This document shows, piece after piece, positions 40,971 through 52,679 of a DNA stretch of 64,000 nucleotides. Source of the DNA: Blasia pusilla. Taxonomy: Eukaryota. The stretch's first letter is position 1, and every line of letters begins with the position of its first letter. The stretch spans positions 38,192,001-38,256,000 of the forward strand of contig CM114271.1 of NCBI GenBank assembly GCA_050084515.1. Reading direction: 5' to 3'. A program made the position numbers and the translations under genes. The notes below the pieces were generated by a model that saw nothing but the letters and a program-made list of their open reading frames with translations, was not told the origin of the DNA and did no database searches.

Positions 40971-42787
40971 ATGGAGTTGCCACCTCATGAGAACCGTAGC
41001 CCTCACGAAAATGAGGAAGATGGAAGAGGGGAAGAACTCCTTGATACACCGACACCAGAGATCCCTCCAAAGGTGAACAAGAATATGGTCTTGCAATTTG
41101 TCACGGAAGATGAATTGAAGACGCATTTTGATAGCGCCATTGACCCACAAGTTTTGAAAGGAGAGTTCAAGAAGTTGGGGCTGAAGTGGTTGCAGCTTGC
41201 AATTGGAGAATTTGCAAGGAAAGTGGAAGAGAATGAGTGGACAAAGCATTGGGATTTATTCAATGGTGTTTGAATATACGAAGACCTCCCCAGGAGGAAG
41301 AAGAAGTTAGTGAGCAAGGTATTTGTTCAACTCAAAGTCGCGGAGTTGATGAAGGATATGGAGGTCTAGTATGGCAATGTGGATGAGGGGTCTTCAAGAA
41401 GTGATAAGAGACCAAGAGCAGAAGATAGTAGAACCTCACCGACACACTTTAAACAAGCAAGAGTGGAAGTTTCATCACCATGAGCGTCTTCACGCCATTA
41501 TGAGCAAGGTGGATTGTCAAGGAGCCTTAGGGCCATACTATCTTCCTTGGATGTTCAAAGAAGAAATCATCATGCTGAAGAAGATATTCAAGACAAGAGT
41601 GGAGATGAAGGGCGAGTACCGATGGGGGCGTAGGATAGATCAGATGGTTTGAAAGACCTCTATGTAGGTCGTAATACGAGCTTTGATGAGCCCGAGGAGA
41701 GTTGTGATCGCCCTATACATAGCGGTGCTCCTCCCCAAACCTTTCGTGGGGAGAGTGCTCTGGATAATAGCGAGGTAATGTCTCGTCTATTAGAGTTGGA
41801 GAGTTTAATAACAAATTCCCAACATAATTTTGATTTGGCCGCGGAATTCAACGTTTTGAAGGGGAAGTATGAACAGCTAATCTGAGGAGCACATCAGATT
41901 GAAGAAAGAGATGGAGAGGCTTTTGAACGAATCTATTGCTAGAGATGGCCTCAATAGAAGGCAAAGAGCTATAATGGTTGACCACACAAAGCAGTGGAGG
42001 AGAGCATACGAGAACATCATGGCAAGACCACTATAAGATATGGATGAATTTTTACGATGGAGAGCAAGAGGTAACGTGGGAGAACTCACCCCCAAGACAA
42101 CTCTACTTGAGGGTCGTATCGTGAAGGAGGTTGATATGATCTAATTTCAACCTATCAAGCAGTTGTGGCCTCTAGCTCTACGCGCAGCATGGGACAATGT
42201 CGTAGATCCAAATGCTGCAAACTATGCCTCTATGATGTTGGCACCAACGCCTCTTAAACCGAGCGCAGAAGTGCAAGATCTTTCGGATTGGATAAAAGGA
42301 AATCGCATTATGTGAAGGAGGGGCCCTCAAGCCAAACAACTGGCCCAAATGCATAATTTGCTTCAACCCCATTGCTGCAGAAGGTTGCTATGTCACAGGC
42401 ACATGTAAAACTTGTTCTTGGCATCCATATTGTCTTCAAAAGGCCATGCTATTATTGATGGATGACCTTGTTTTGAGGAGACTCGAATTGATCTTGCCAC
42501 TTTTCTTATGGCAAGATATTCCTCAAAGGACTGAAGGCAGATATCCTTGAACATACTATTACCCTCGTCGAATGCAGGAGGAACTCTTTGGATTCTTCGA
42601 GAGAGAGTAGGAGATGTTTCCGACACAGCCAACATAAGAAACAGATGATGGTGAAGCTGATGTTGAGTTGGAAAGGACTATTCCTCGTGGAGGTGGGACG
42701 CGCATGACTAGAGCTAGAGGAAGAGGAGACAGAGTTGGTGAGACGTCGGCACCGATGTTACATATATCTGATGATGAATCACATTAG
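40971..42787 (+). pseudogene. Disrupted intronless ORF, acidic and coiled-coil-like, unknown family
   Basis: MELPPHENRSP... continues through several stops and frameshifts, includes MSRLLELESL...FNVLKGKYEQL and ends ...ISDDESH*. Confidence 0.55.
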
Positions 42788-43519
42788 AGAGAATGAGTTG
42801 ATATTTATATCTTTGTAATGTACATAAGTATTAGGTTCCTCTCAATCCAAATGATTTGTGGAGTACTCCTCACGTGTTGTAAAACATTTTCAAAAGAATT
42901 CAAAATATTCCACTAACCAAACTTGTGAATATGAGCCGGTCACGAATGTTGTCCATGAAATGAGTTTATGAAATGGATGAAAGTTTTCTCTTGGGTTATA
43001 AATCCTTGGATAAGATGGAAGGTACCATAATTGAATGATTTCTTTGATAGATTTTTTTTAATTACTAACTCCTAAAAAATTACTAACTCATCAAACTAAG
43101 TGATTTTCTTTTATTTATTGAAAGATGGGGATTGGAAAAGGGATGAATTTTTTTTCCAAAATTAATGAAGGAAAATATATGTTTGAATTGAATTGTAAAG
43201 GAAAATAATATATGAATTTTTTTTAGTGACCAAAATTGCATGGGTGGAATAGGAAACCAAATCTACTTATTAATTCATTTTTTATTTAATACTATAATAG
43301 GTGAATATAAATATTACTAAATTTGTATAAATTTGAAAAGAGGTGCCTTGATTCATATGTAATGGAAAGGGAAATTGAATTTTAATGGAGAAAGAATAGA
43401 TTTGGTTTGAATTTCATGGAAGGATGAATTTACTCTAGGGACTAGGATATCATTTACGTTTGATTGTAGGAGTGTAATTACTTACAGGAGTGAAATATAA
43501 TAACTCTTCTAACATTTTA

Positions 43520-44160
43520 TAGAATAGTGCATATGGTCCCCAATTTACATCTATCTTGCAAAGTCTCATCCCAAATTAAGTTTAAAATGACCTTTTGGAC
43601 CCGACATAGATAACCTTGAATGAAAAAAATATCTTCAATTTTTTATCTTGTCCAACGTTTCCATCTTGAGCTAAAATTTAGCCCACATGGTCTCCAAGGT
43701 GCATCTAGCAGTCTTGCAAAGTTTCAATAAAAATGGAGTTGGGACCACAACCTCAAAAAGTGGCAAGTCCATTTTGGACCCGAACCAGTAGACCTTCTAT
43801 CAAAATAAGGTTTTTTTAATTTTCTTGTCAAAATTTATCATCTTGAGCTGAGATTTAGCCAACATGGTCCCTGAGGTCCATGTTCTACTCTTGCTAAGTT
43901 TAAGGAAAAATGGAGTTGTGAGCAAAAGCTCAAAAATTACTAAGTCCTTTGTGGACCCGAACCATTAAACCTTGAATGAAAAGAAGGTCTTTTGATTTTT
44001 CACCTTGTCTAACTTTCCCATCTTGAGCTGAAAGTTGGTCTACGTGGTTTCAACCAAAATGGAGTTGTGAGCAAAACCTCAAAAATATGTAAGTACGTTT
44101 TGGCCCCGAACCACTAAACCTTCAATGGAGTTGTGATCATGAGCTCAAAAATCACACTTA
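43520..44160. repeat. Degenerate tandem repeat, unit about 178 bp, about 3.5 copies
   Basis: TGGACCCGA core at ~43596, ~43775, ~43953 and a shortened unit at ~44101. CATCTTGAGCT and AAAATGGAGTTG recur with the same period. Confidence 0.85.
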
Positions 44161-44559
44161 CCCATTTAACCTTCAATTTAAAAATAAATGCTTTATTAGC
44201 GAGAAGGTTATAAAAAGGAATGTCATAAAAATGACATTCTTAGAATAGTCAACACAAAACAAGTTTAATACAACCATCTCTTAACTAGTTTCAATAAATT
44301 CAGTAATTACTCTTCTAGTCTAGGTCTATGGTTAGGTCAAGTGGATTAAGATGTAAGCGGTAATTTGGCGGTTCAATAGTTTGAAGTCGGGTGGATTGGA
44401 GACGAGTTCCTATTGTAGTTGTTTCATCATCGGAGGAAATGTATGAACTATCCATGCCATGATTGATGGGTTGTGAGTTTGGAACCATAAGTATGAGAAC
44501 ATCATTATCATTAGGCTCATCAACTCAGTCCACCATTTCAACGCTCAAAGATTATTGAA

Positions 44560-45166
44560 GAGTATCCTGCATAGGTTAACTAGACTCGGTGGAATAATTC
44601 TGAACTCCTACTGGTGCAACAATCTGAGGATCATGGGTCGTGTTAGGAGAATTGCCGGGAAAATTGGCTTTGCTCGAAGTCCTCCGTTGTTGCTCTTCCT
44701 TGTGCTCTCCAGTCCAATGTTCCATTTCAACATCATCTTCATCTCTTCCAAGCCCCTCAGAATCAAAATGTTCAGTGTTGCCAATATGAGTATCCTCTCT
44801 CCCTTTGATGCCATGAATTCCAAATATCACATCCACCTCCTCTAGGTCCTCATCTTGCAAGTCAAGGTTATCTTCATGATTACCATCATGGTTTCTTGGA
44901 TGCAACCTAGATTCAGTGCCATCTTCTACTACTCTTCTAGCTTGTTATTGTCCATCCCTTTCTGAATAGTATTGCTCGTACAAGAGCACTTGTCTTGATT
45001 TCCGAGAAACACCCTTGTCTCCAAACCTTGAGTTTGTGTAGATGTAAACCAAATCCTTGGCACGCTCATTGGTCAATTTATTCCTATGCTTGTTGTGGAT
45101 GAGACCATAACTACTCCAATTTCTCGCCGCTGAAGAAGATGAAGCCACTTGTGCTTATATGGACTT
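44560..45166 (-). pseudogene. hAT transposase C-terminal part (dimerization domain and acidic tail)
   Basis: AQVASSSSAARNWSSYGLIHNKHRNKLTNERAKDLVYIYTN, the plant hAT dimerization motif. Continues the frame of 53264-53920. Confidence 0.9.
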
Positions 45167-45534
45167 TGTCATGACCATATGGATTATGTCGTAGAGTATA
45201 GTGTGCTAGTAGAGGCCATACCTTATGCAGGGCCGTAGTATCCAAGTAGAGATGCGGTTTCATACATAGGGTTGGGGGTTACTCAGTTGAGGGTGACTTT
45301 TCCAGTAGGGCCCGCTCTTAGGTTGGAGGATATAGTGTGGAGTGTACTCAAAGAACAGTTAGTTCTTTGAGTTGAGCCTGCTGCGTTGGGAGTTAGCCTT
45401 GGTAGTGAGTAGAGCTCTTGGCTGTGGTGGTTCCCGCAAGCTTCGACCTGGATTCTCCCATCGTGGAGTGGGTTTGGCTTGATTTTATGTGATTCTATAC
45501 GTGTTTTATGACAATAGGTCTTTCACGGATTTCA
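45167..45534 (+). repeat. Repeat A1 (368 bp)
   Basis: Same length as A2, with about 17 substitutions counted by eye, mostly transitions. Confidence 0.97.
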
Positions 45535-45546
45535 CTCAAAGAACTA
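45534..45546 (+). promoter_or_regulatory. Putative self-priming primer binding site
   Basis: ACTCAAAGAACTA at the A1 boundary is the exact reverse complement of TAGTTCTTTGAGT (45360-45372) inside A. No TGG-initiated tRNA-type PBS at the boundary. Confidence 0.75.
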
Positions 45547-45645
45547 GAGTAGATCGATGGTAGCTTCGATCGTGAATCAGTAGGATCTGGTTAGGGCTGA
45601 TTGTGTACTCAACCGTGGAGGTTAGGGCTGATTGTGTACTGAGCC

Positions 45646-47790
45646 GTGGCTTGGAAGGGGTTGTTTCAGCATTTGGAGGGACCACCCATGGACGATTACC
45701 ATGAGTTTAGGAAGGACCATGTTGCTGAGATCGAGGCGTGGAGACAATATTGGTCTCCAGGCTATGTGTCTATCACCCATGGTGGTATTGGTAGTAGTAC
45801 TCCTACTATGCCAGCCAGCCCGACGTTGAGTGGTACGAGTACGAGCTGGAGTGGGGGTACCAGTGGAGGTACCCAAGAAGGTACCATTGGGGGTACTAGT
45901 GGAGGTACTAATGCCCCACCATTGTTCACCCCGGTTGCAGAGTTCTTCAAGAGGTTGAAGAAGAGCTATCAGGGAGTGAAGACAGAGAAGTTGAGGAGTC
46001 TTCAGGAATTTGAGCGAAAGACTGGTGAGAATCTTTGTGAGGCATACACTCGTATGCGATGCTTGATTTCAGTTACCCAGGGTGTGATTGAGGCTATGGG
46101 AGTCCGGTTTTGGTATGGGATCTTGGATAGAGAGTTGCGCTGTAGGGTACATGATGCTACTCTTATGAGTGATGATTCATCCACATTGACTCATTTGTTT
46201 GCTCTATCTGAGAAGATTGAGCTTAACATGGTGGAGGAGAGAGTGGTGACATCCGCATTCAGTAGGGATACAATTACTACTTCTCGTGTTCAGCAGTCCA
46301 CCTCCCAGTCTCGTAGTAGTGGTGGTGGTAGTAGTAGTGGGAGTCGTGGGGGTTACACACGACCTCAGTCAGGTCCTAGAGGGACACTTGTGTAGAGACC
46401 ATTGCCTTCATTTGCTGCCCCGCAGTAAGGACAATCATGTTAGACATGTGGAGGTGATCATGTTAGGAGATTTTGTCCCCAAGAGGATGGGAGATGGACT
46501 TTGGAGGATGGGCCTCAGTCGGCCCCAACTCAGTGTGATCATTGCGGAAGACCAGGTCATCCTCGAGAGCATTGCTTTGATCTTCATCCAGAGTTGAGAT
46601 CATGACGCGGCTGTGGTGGAGTAGCTCCAAGAGGCCGAGGTGGTAGAGGTGGTAGAGGTGGACCAGTGGTTGGAGAGCCTACGGTGGCTACCCCTACCCC
46701 TACAACAGAGTCGCCTATGGTGCCGAGATTGAGCTTGATTGGAGCAGGAGTTGGCTACTATGGCTGGTATCCAACATAGAGCAGGTTCGGGAGCAGGGGC
46801 TTCCACCTCTTATGGAGGGGATGATCTCTCTTATATGGCGAGTGCAGCACAGGTTGAGGCATCAGATGCAGTTATGAGAGGAGCCACTCGAGCATCAGAG
46901 CCATGTGGTGCTACTATGGAGTTGGACCCATAGAGGGGTGAGGCTGGGAGGCAGGCTAGGCTTCCCCAATCATTCTTGTTGTCTGAGGTGCTTAGGAATC
47001 CATCCATGGTTCCTACGCAGCCTATTGAGCCTATAGTGGGGACTGAGGCATCTACATCACGTGTAGTAGACACGGATGCAGCATCCAGTGCAGTATTGCG
47101 GATGGCAACTTCAGTGTTGGGATTCCCATTGTTTTCGGCCACGGAGCTGATGGCTTTAGGAGTTGACTTAGCTCATGTATTTTAGCTAGCAGCCACGTTG
47201 TGTGAACGTGGGGGTGTTACTGCTACACGTGCTGAGGTGGATGAGGGTGTTGCGGTGGAGCAACCCTCTCTGTCACATGTAGCATTGAGTACCAGTGCTA
47301 CTTGGCAAGTAGCAGCGGCGAAGATGGATGCATTACCAGCCCGGCCAGCCATTGATCGTGAGAGGCTTACACCTGGTGTATGTATGTTGGACAACCAGAG
47401 TGGGATATTCCGATTGGTGAGTCCTACATGATAGCTGTATAGACCAGATAGAGTCTTGTTGGACTCTGGTGCCCAACCTTTGATGTTGGGAAAGGCGGCA
47501 TGTATTGATTTGGGTATTCGGAGGTCAGAGCTTGAGCCTTGCCCATTCTAGATTCAAACATCACTTGGAGGAGCCAATGATACGTCTCAATTCATGATAC
47601 GGGAGAAGTTGTCTGTACAGTTGAGACCAGATCATGCGATTGATAGCTCCCGGTTGGGAGTACCTGCAGTGGTCACATCAGCGGAGTCGTATGATGTACT
47701 AGTTGGAGGAGCAGTATTGTACCCGATGGGTTTTCAGATGGATTACTAGACTGAGATAACGTCTTATAGACCTAGTTGGCAGTCCGGGGA
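45646..47790 (+). pseudogene. Gag (with zinc knuckles) and aspartic protease of the split-repeat element
   Basis: Gag-like ORF 45646-46395, knuckle CDHCGRPGHPREHC (~46534-46575), protease VLLDSGAQPLML (~47453-47488). In-frame stops. Confidence 0.85.
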
Positions 47791-48179
47791 TGGATGTATG
47801 AGCCAGGTTCCTGTGAGATTTATTTATGGGGCTCGACCAGGAGGGTCTTCCCCAACGGTGTTAGCATCTGTGGCTGGTTTTAGTGGAGTAGTCACTTGGC
47901 CAGGAGACTTTTTGGAGGGTAATCTTTTTGCTATGGATTCTCCTGTGCATGAGGAGGTAGAGGAGATCCCTAGTTTTGCAGCAGTGGCATCCTCATCGTT
48001 GGATGTGCCACTTTGGAGTTCAGGCGGTGTACTACGGCAAGAGGCTGATCGCCTATTGCAGGAGGCTTGGTGTGAGGCTGTTATACCTCACGAGGAAGAG
48101 GAGGCCCCACGGCGTACTCCTACTTCTGGTCTAGTTGGGTTATCCCCTTTGGATACTACACCCATTGTATGGCAGTATC

Positions 48180-49140
48180 TGCCGGAGGGCATTTGTGTGT
48201 TAGATCTCTTTGGTGGGATTAGCACTGGTTTGGCTGCAGTGTGGCAGGCCGGTATTCCTGTGCGGAGATACGTGTATGTGGAGCGAGATGAGACGGCCCA
48301 GAGAGTCTCATCCCGACATATCGGTCAGTTGATGCGGAGATATCCTGAGTTGTTTCCGCCATCAGCTATTCGTGGGTACCAACGTGCTTTGCCGTCACAC
48401 ATTGCATTGTTGGGGGCGCAGGACCTTAAGAGGGTTGGTCCTGTGGATTTGGTGATTGCTAGATGGCCATGTCAGGGTCATACACGTGTAGGTCGTGGTG
48501 AGGGATTACACGACCCTAGATCTCGATTGTTTTGGGAGATGTTACGGATGTTACGACATCTTCAGGTTCATCAGGCACGTGCTCCAGCTTACATTCTGGA
48601 GAATGTTCCATTATTGGATGACACTCGGATCCGGATGATGGCGAGTGTTCATGAGGTGCGGTCTTGGATTGGACCTGCGGTGTTGTTGGATGCACCGCGA
48701 GTCGGCTCGCGTGCACATCGTCCACGCTTGTGGTGGACAAACTTGTTGCCTAGGGAGGTTCTACGTCAAGCATATGATGCAGTGTAGCGGGATCCTTGCC
48801 TTACAGTGGATAGTATCTTGGATATTGGGCGAATTTCTCAACTGGTGAGGGTTATTGATTGGTCATCCATGGTAGTGGTGAACCGTGTGGGCCAACCTAG
48901 GATGGCACTATCCACATTTGTGAGTTTTCCCTCGTCACATGCCTACAGGGAAGGTGGTTCTGGGCTTGTATGGGATTCTCATGTGCGACAGTTGGTGGAG
49001 CCTAACGCTGACGAGAGAGAGTGTGGGATGGGATTTGCTACTAGTGTGACAGCGGTTGCTTCCATTTCTGAGGCTTCACGACGTCATGTGTTGGGTCAGG
49101 CCATGGACCTAAATTGTTTGACTTGGATTTTGAGTCTTGG
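48180..49140 (+). pseudogene. C5 cytosine DNA methyltransferase domain (DNMT3/DRM-like) within pol
   Basis: Motif I VLDLFGGISTG, II VYVERDE, IV DLVIARWPCQ, VI YILENV, VIII AHRPRLWWTN, IX ERECGMGF, X RRHVLGQAMD. One in-frame stop at 48785-48787. Confidence 0.92.
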
Positions 49141-49390
49141 TATGGCCGAGCAGCGTTGACTTCGGACTTTGTCTGTGGGTCTTCCATCCCTTGTGATGAG
49201 CTCGATGGCTACCGGGACGGTAGAGGCATCGGATGGGGGTAAGGAGAGTAGTATTTTGCATCCTTGGAGTAAATGGGATGTAATGGCTGGGCATGTGGAG
49301 TTGGTTGCTCATGCTGGTGGAGGAGTTATTTGCTCAGATGATGGTATAGCTAAGGGTGTACCATCTTGTGAGGGGGTTGCGTAGCAACCA

Positions 49391-52300
49391 ATGGCGTCGT
49401 CCTCTCCCTCTAGTGTGCCAGTGGAAGAGACTTGGGAGCCATTACTTGGGCCCAAGCTTACGGGAGATGAGAAACGACGCTTGACACAATTCCTACGTGC
49501 TTATAGGAGTTTTTTTGCCTTTAGCATGAAGGAGTTGGGTGCTTTTGTTGGGCCTGGTATACGGATTGATTTGGCTGGTGATATGCCAATCTTTCGTCGT
49601 CCCTACCGATATAGTGATATGGAGAGGGACCTGATTCAGAGTAGGACGTTGGACCTTTTGGAGGCTGGATTAGTGGAGTTGTCGCATGGAGAGTATGCAT
49701 CAGCCACAGTCATGCCTGCTAAAAAGGATGTGCATGGCAACTACACGGATAGACGGATGTGTGGAGATTACCGTCCTATCAATCGACAGACCAAGGCTGA
49801 TAGGTATGCCATGCCTACACCTGAGGAGATCTTTGATGTGGTGGGACATGCAAAGATTTTTTGTACTTTGGATCTTCGGGTAGGATACCATCAGTTGTCG
49901 ATTCGAGAGAGTGACAAGGCCAAGACAACATTTTGGGGTGTCAACTCTCATGGAAAGGATTGTTTGTACGAGTGGAAATTCTTACCCTTTGGGTTGAAGA
50001 ATGCACCTGCCGAGTTTCAGAGAGTGATGGACAGGATCCTAGCAGGGTTGGATTTTGTTCGGTGTAACATTGATGATATCTTGGTGTTCAGTAACACGGT
50101 GGAGGAGCATCAAATACATTTGCAGATTATGTTTGAGCGGTTGAAAGCTCATGGTCTATGTTTGCATCAAGGAAAGTGTAAGTTCTTCCATGAAGATGTT
50201 GAGTATTTGGGTCATGTGATCTATCTAGGTGGTTTGGGAGTTCAGCAAGCAAAGATGGAGGCTATTGCACTTATTCCTTGTCCGATAGATGTGAGTAGAG
50301 TTCAGGCATTCATGGGATTGGTAAACTACTATCGGAGGTATGTGAAGGGATTTAGTGCTATGGCAAAGCCTTTGAACCAATTTTTGAAATCAGATGAGGA
50401 GTGACACTGGGGAGATGATCACGAGAGAGCTTTTGTGGAGCTCAAGGCCCAGTTGGTTGCTGTGCCTATCTTGAGGAGACCTATCAGATGGCGCCCATTT
50501 CAGTTACACACTGATTGGAGTAGGTTGGGACTTCGAGCGGTGTTGACACAACATTATGATGAGCACATGGAGTTTGTGGTGGCCTATGCAAGTCGTTCGA
50601 ATAATGTAGCAGAGTTGCGCTACAGTTCATATGAGGGAGAGTGCTTGGCAGTAGTGTGGGCTATGGCACACTTTAGGTGTTACTTGTTTGGCACACAGTT
50701 TACCCTTGTTACTGATCACCAGCCGCTCAAGTGGTTGATGGAGTCTGACAAGCTTACAGGGAAGCTTGCACGGTGGGCTCTTATCTTACAGGAGTATGAC
50801 TTCCAGGTGGTACATAGACTTGGAGTTGCCAACCTTGATGCTGATGGGTTGAGTAGGAACCCATATACTAGCCAAGAGGATGCAACTGGGGCTAGATGGC
50901 ATGGCGAGGTGATGAGGAGATGGTGCCAGGTTTGCATGCATCTGCCTTTTTATGTTGGTTAGGGGTGGACTCTAGTATGGAGGACCACATGACATCTTAC
51001 TCTAGTCAGAGGGTAGATGGTCAGCCTTTAGATCCTAAGGTTGGAGATGGTGGTATGGATTAGCATGATATTCATGATGATGCGTTGGTGTTGGAGTTCC
51101 TACGGACCAGTAGGGTGCCAGGCATAGTGAGTGCCAAGGAACGAGACCGTGTTCTTCAACGTGCTAAGAGGTATGAATTGAGGAAACACATATTCTCTGT
51201 GTGTGGGAGGATGGTAGAGTACAAGTAGTTCCGCATTTGGCTCAGAGAGAGTGCATTGTGCGACATGCCCATGAGGAGTTGGGACATTTTGGGGTAAAGC
51301 GTACGTATAGCTTACTCCTTGGTCAGTATTGGTGGCGTGGCATGCATACTAAGGTGTAGCAGTTGGTGTCACGTTGTATGGTTTGTGACCGGGTGAGGGC
51401 ATCATTCAATGCCCCTACACCACAGTTACATCCCTTGCCTATTATGGGGTTGGGTTAGCGTTGGAGTGTGGACTTTGCGGCACCGTTACCGTTGATTGTA
51501 CGACATATCGATATGTGTTGGTGATGGTGGAGCACTTCTCCAAGGGGATTGAGTTGGTGGCATTACCTGACAAGGCAAGTGAGGGAATGGCGTATGCATT
51601 TCTTGATAGAGTGCTTAGTCATTTTGGTGCACCAACTGAAGTACTGACCGACCAGGGTACAAAGTTTCAAGGTGAGTTTTAGGTCTTGTGTAACAAGGCG
51701 TTGATTGATCATCGGACCACGTCTCGAGATCATTCAGAGGCGGATGGTTTGGCTGAGCATGTGGTTCAGACGGTGAAGAGGGCATTGCGCAAGTATGGCC
51801 TACAGAAGGTGCATCTTGGAGACTGGGATATTCAGTTGCCATGGTTAGCCATGGGGTATAGGTTCAGTCGCCAAGCATCCTTGGCTTCCTTCTCACCTTA
51901 TTTTTTGTTATCGGCCGAGATCCGGACTTGCGGCAGTAGTCGTTGGAAGTCTAGTGAGGTGGTGAAACTTGATGACCCAGAGATGTGGATGAGAGTGTGT
52001 TCTCAGCAGGCATAGCTCTTTCAGAGAGTTATGCCAACAGCCTTTGAGAATCTTGCCATTTCCCAACACAGGGATATATTGCGGTATGCAACCATTCGGG
52101 GTGGAGGTTATCGACCATCGATTTGTAGGTTCCATGTGGGGGACTATGTCTATTTGCAGCAGATTATACCAACAACGTTGGATGTGACGGCAGGCCGCAC
52201 TATTTTACGAGTGCGCGAGGTGTTAGCTTCTGGAGTTCTCATGTTGGAGGGTCGTGATGGAGTTTTTTGGAAGGACCATGTGCGTAATTGTGCACCATGT

Positions 52301-52500
52301 CATCTTCCAAATGTGGATGGTACTATTGACCCAAGCTTAGCCATGATACGTGCTAGCTTGAGGTGCATGTTGTGTGGGTTTGCTGGTAACGCAACCCGTA
52401 TGTTGGTGTGTGATCGGTGTTCTAGGGGTTGACAAATGATGTGTTTGACTCCACGTATGGATGTTGTTCCTACTGGAAGGTAGGTTTGTCCTCGATGTAC
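49391..52500 (+). pseudogene. RT, RNase H, DDE integrase and C-terminal PHD finger
   Basis: RMCGDYRPIN, LPFGLKNAP, NIDDILVFS; FQLHTDWS, SYEGECLAVVW, LVTDHQPL; HEELGH..CxxC; VLTDQGTKF, DGLAEHVVQTVK; CMLCG...MLVCDRCSRG*QMMCLTP....VP.G.*VCPRC. Confidence 0.95.
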
Positions 52501-52667
52501 TTAGGAGAGGTAGATGACTTGATCTTTGCATGATATGGATTACAGATGTGCGACTAACGATGGGGCAACCTAGCACCCGACCTTCTGATTCGTGCATCCA
52601 AGAAGGTGTATAGCATGTAGTAGATGTATAGGACTACTTGGGAGTTAGAGGGACCTAACCGCCAGTT

Positions 52668-52677
52668 AGGGGGGCGA
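52668..52677 (+). promoter_or_regulatory. Polypurine tract
   Basis: AGGGGGGCGA followed by GT and the TG start of B1. Conserved in the relatives at 35729-35738 and ~2686. Confidence 0.8.
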
Positions 52678-52679
52678 GT

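Noticed and set aside
47798-49159. Host DRM/DNMT3 gene
   Set aside because: It is intronless, lies between PR and RT within the element, and lacks the DRM motif permutation and UBA domains.
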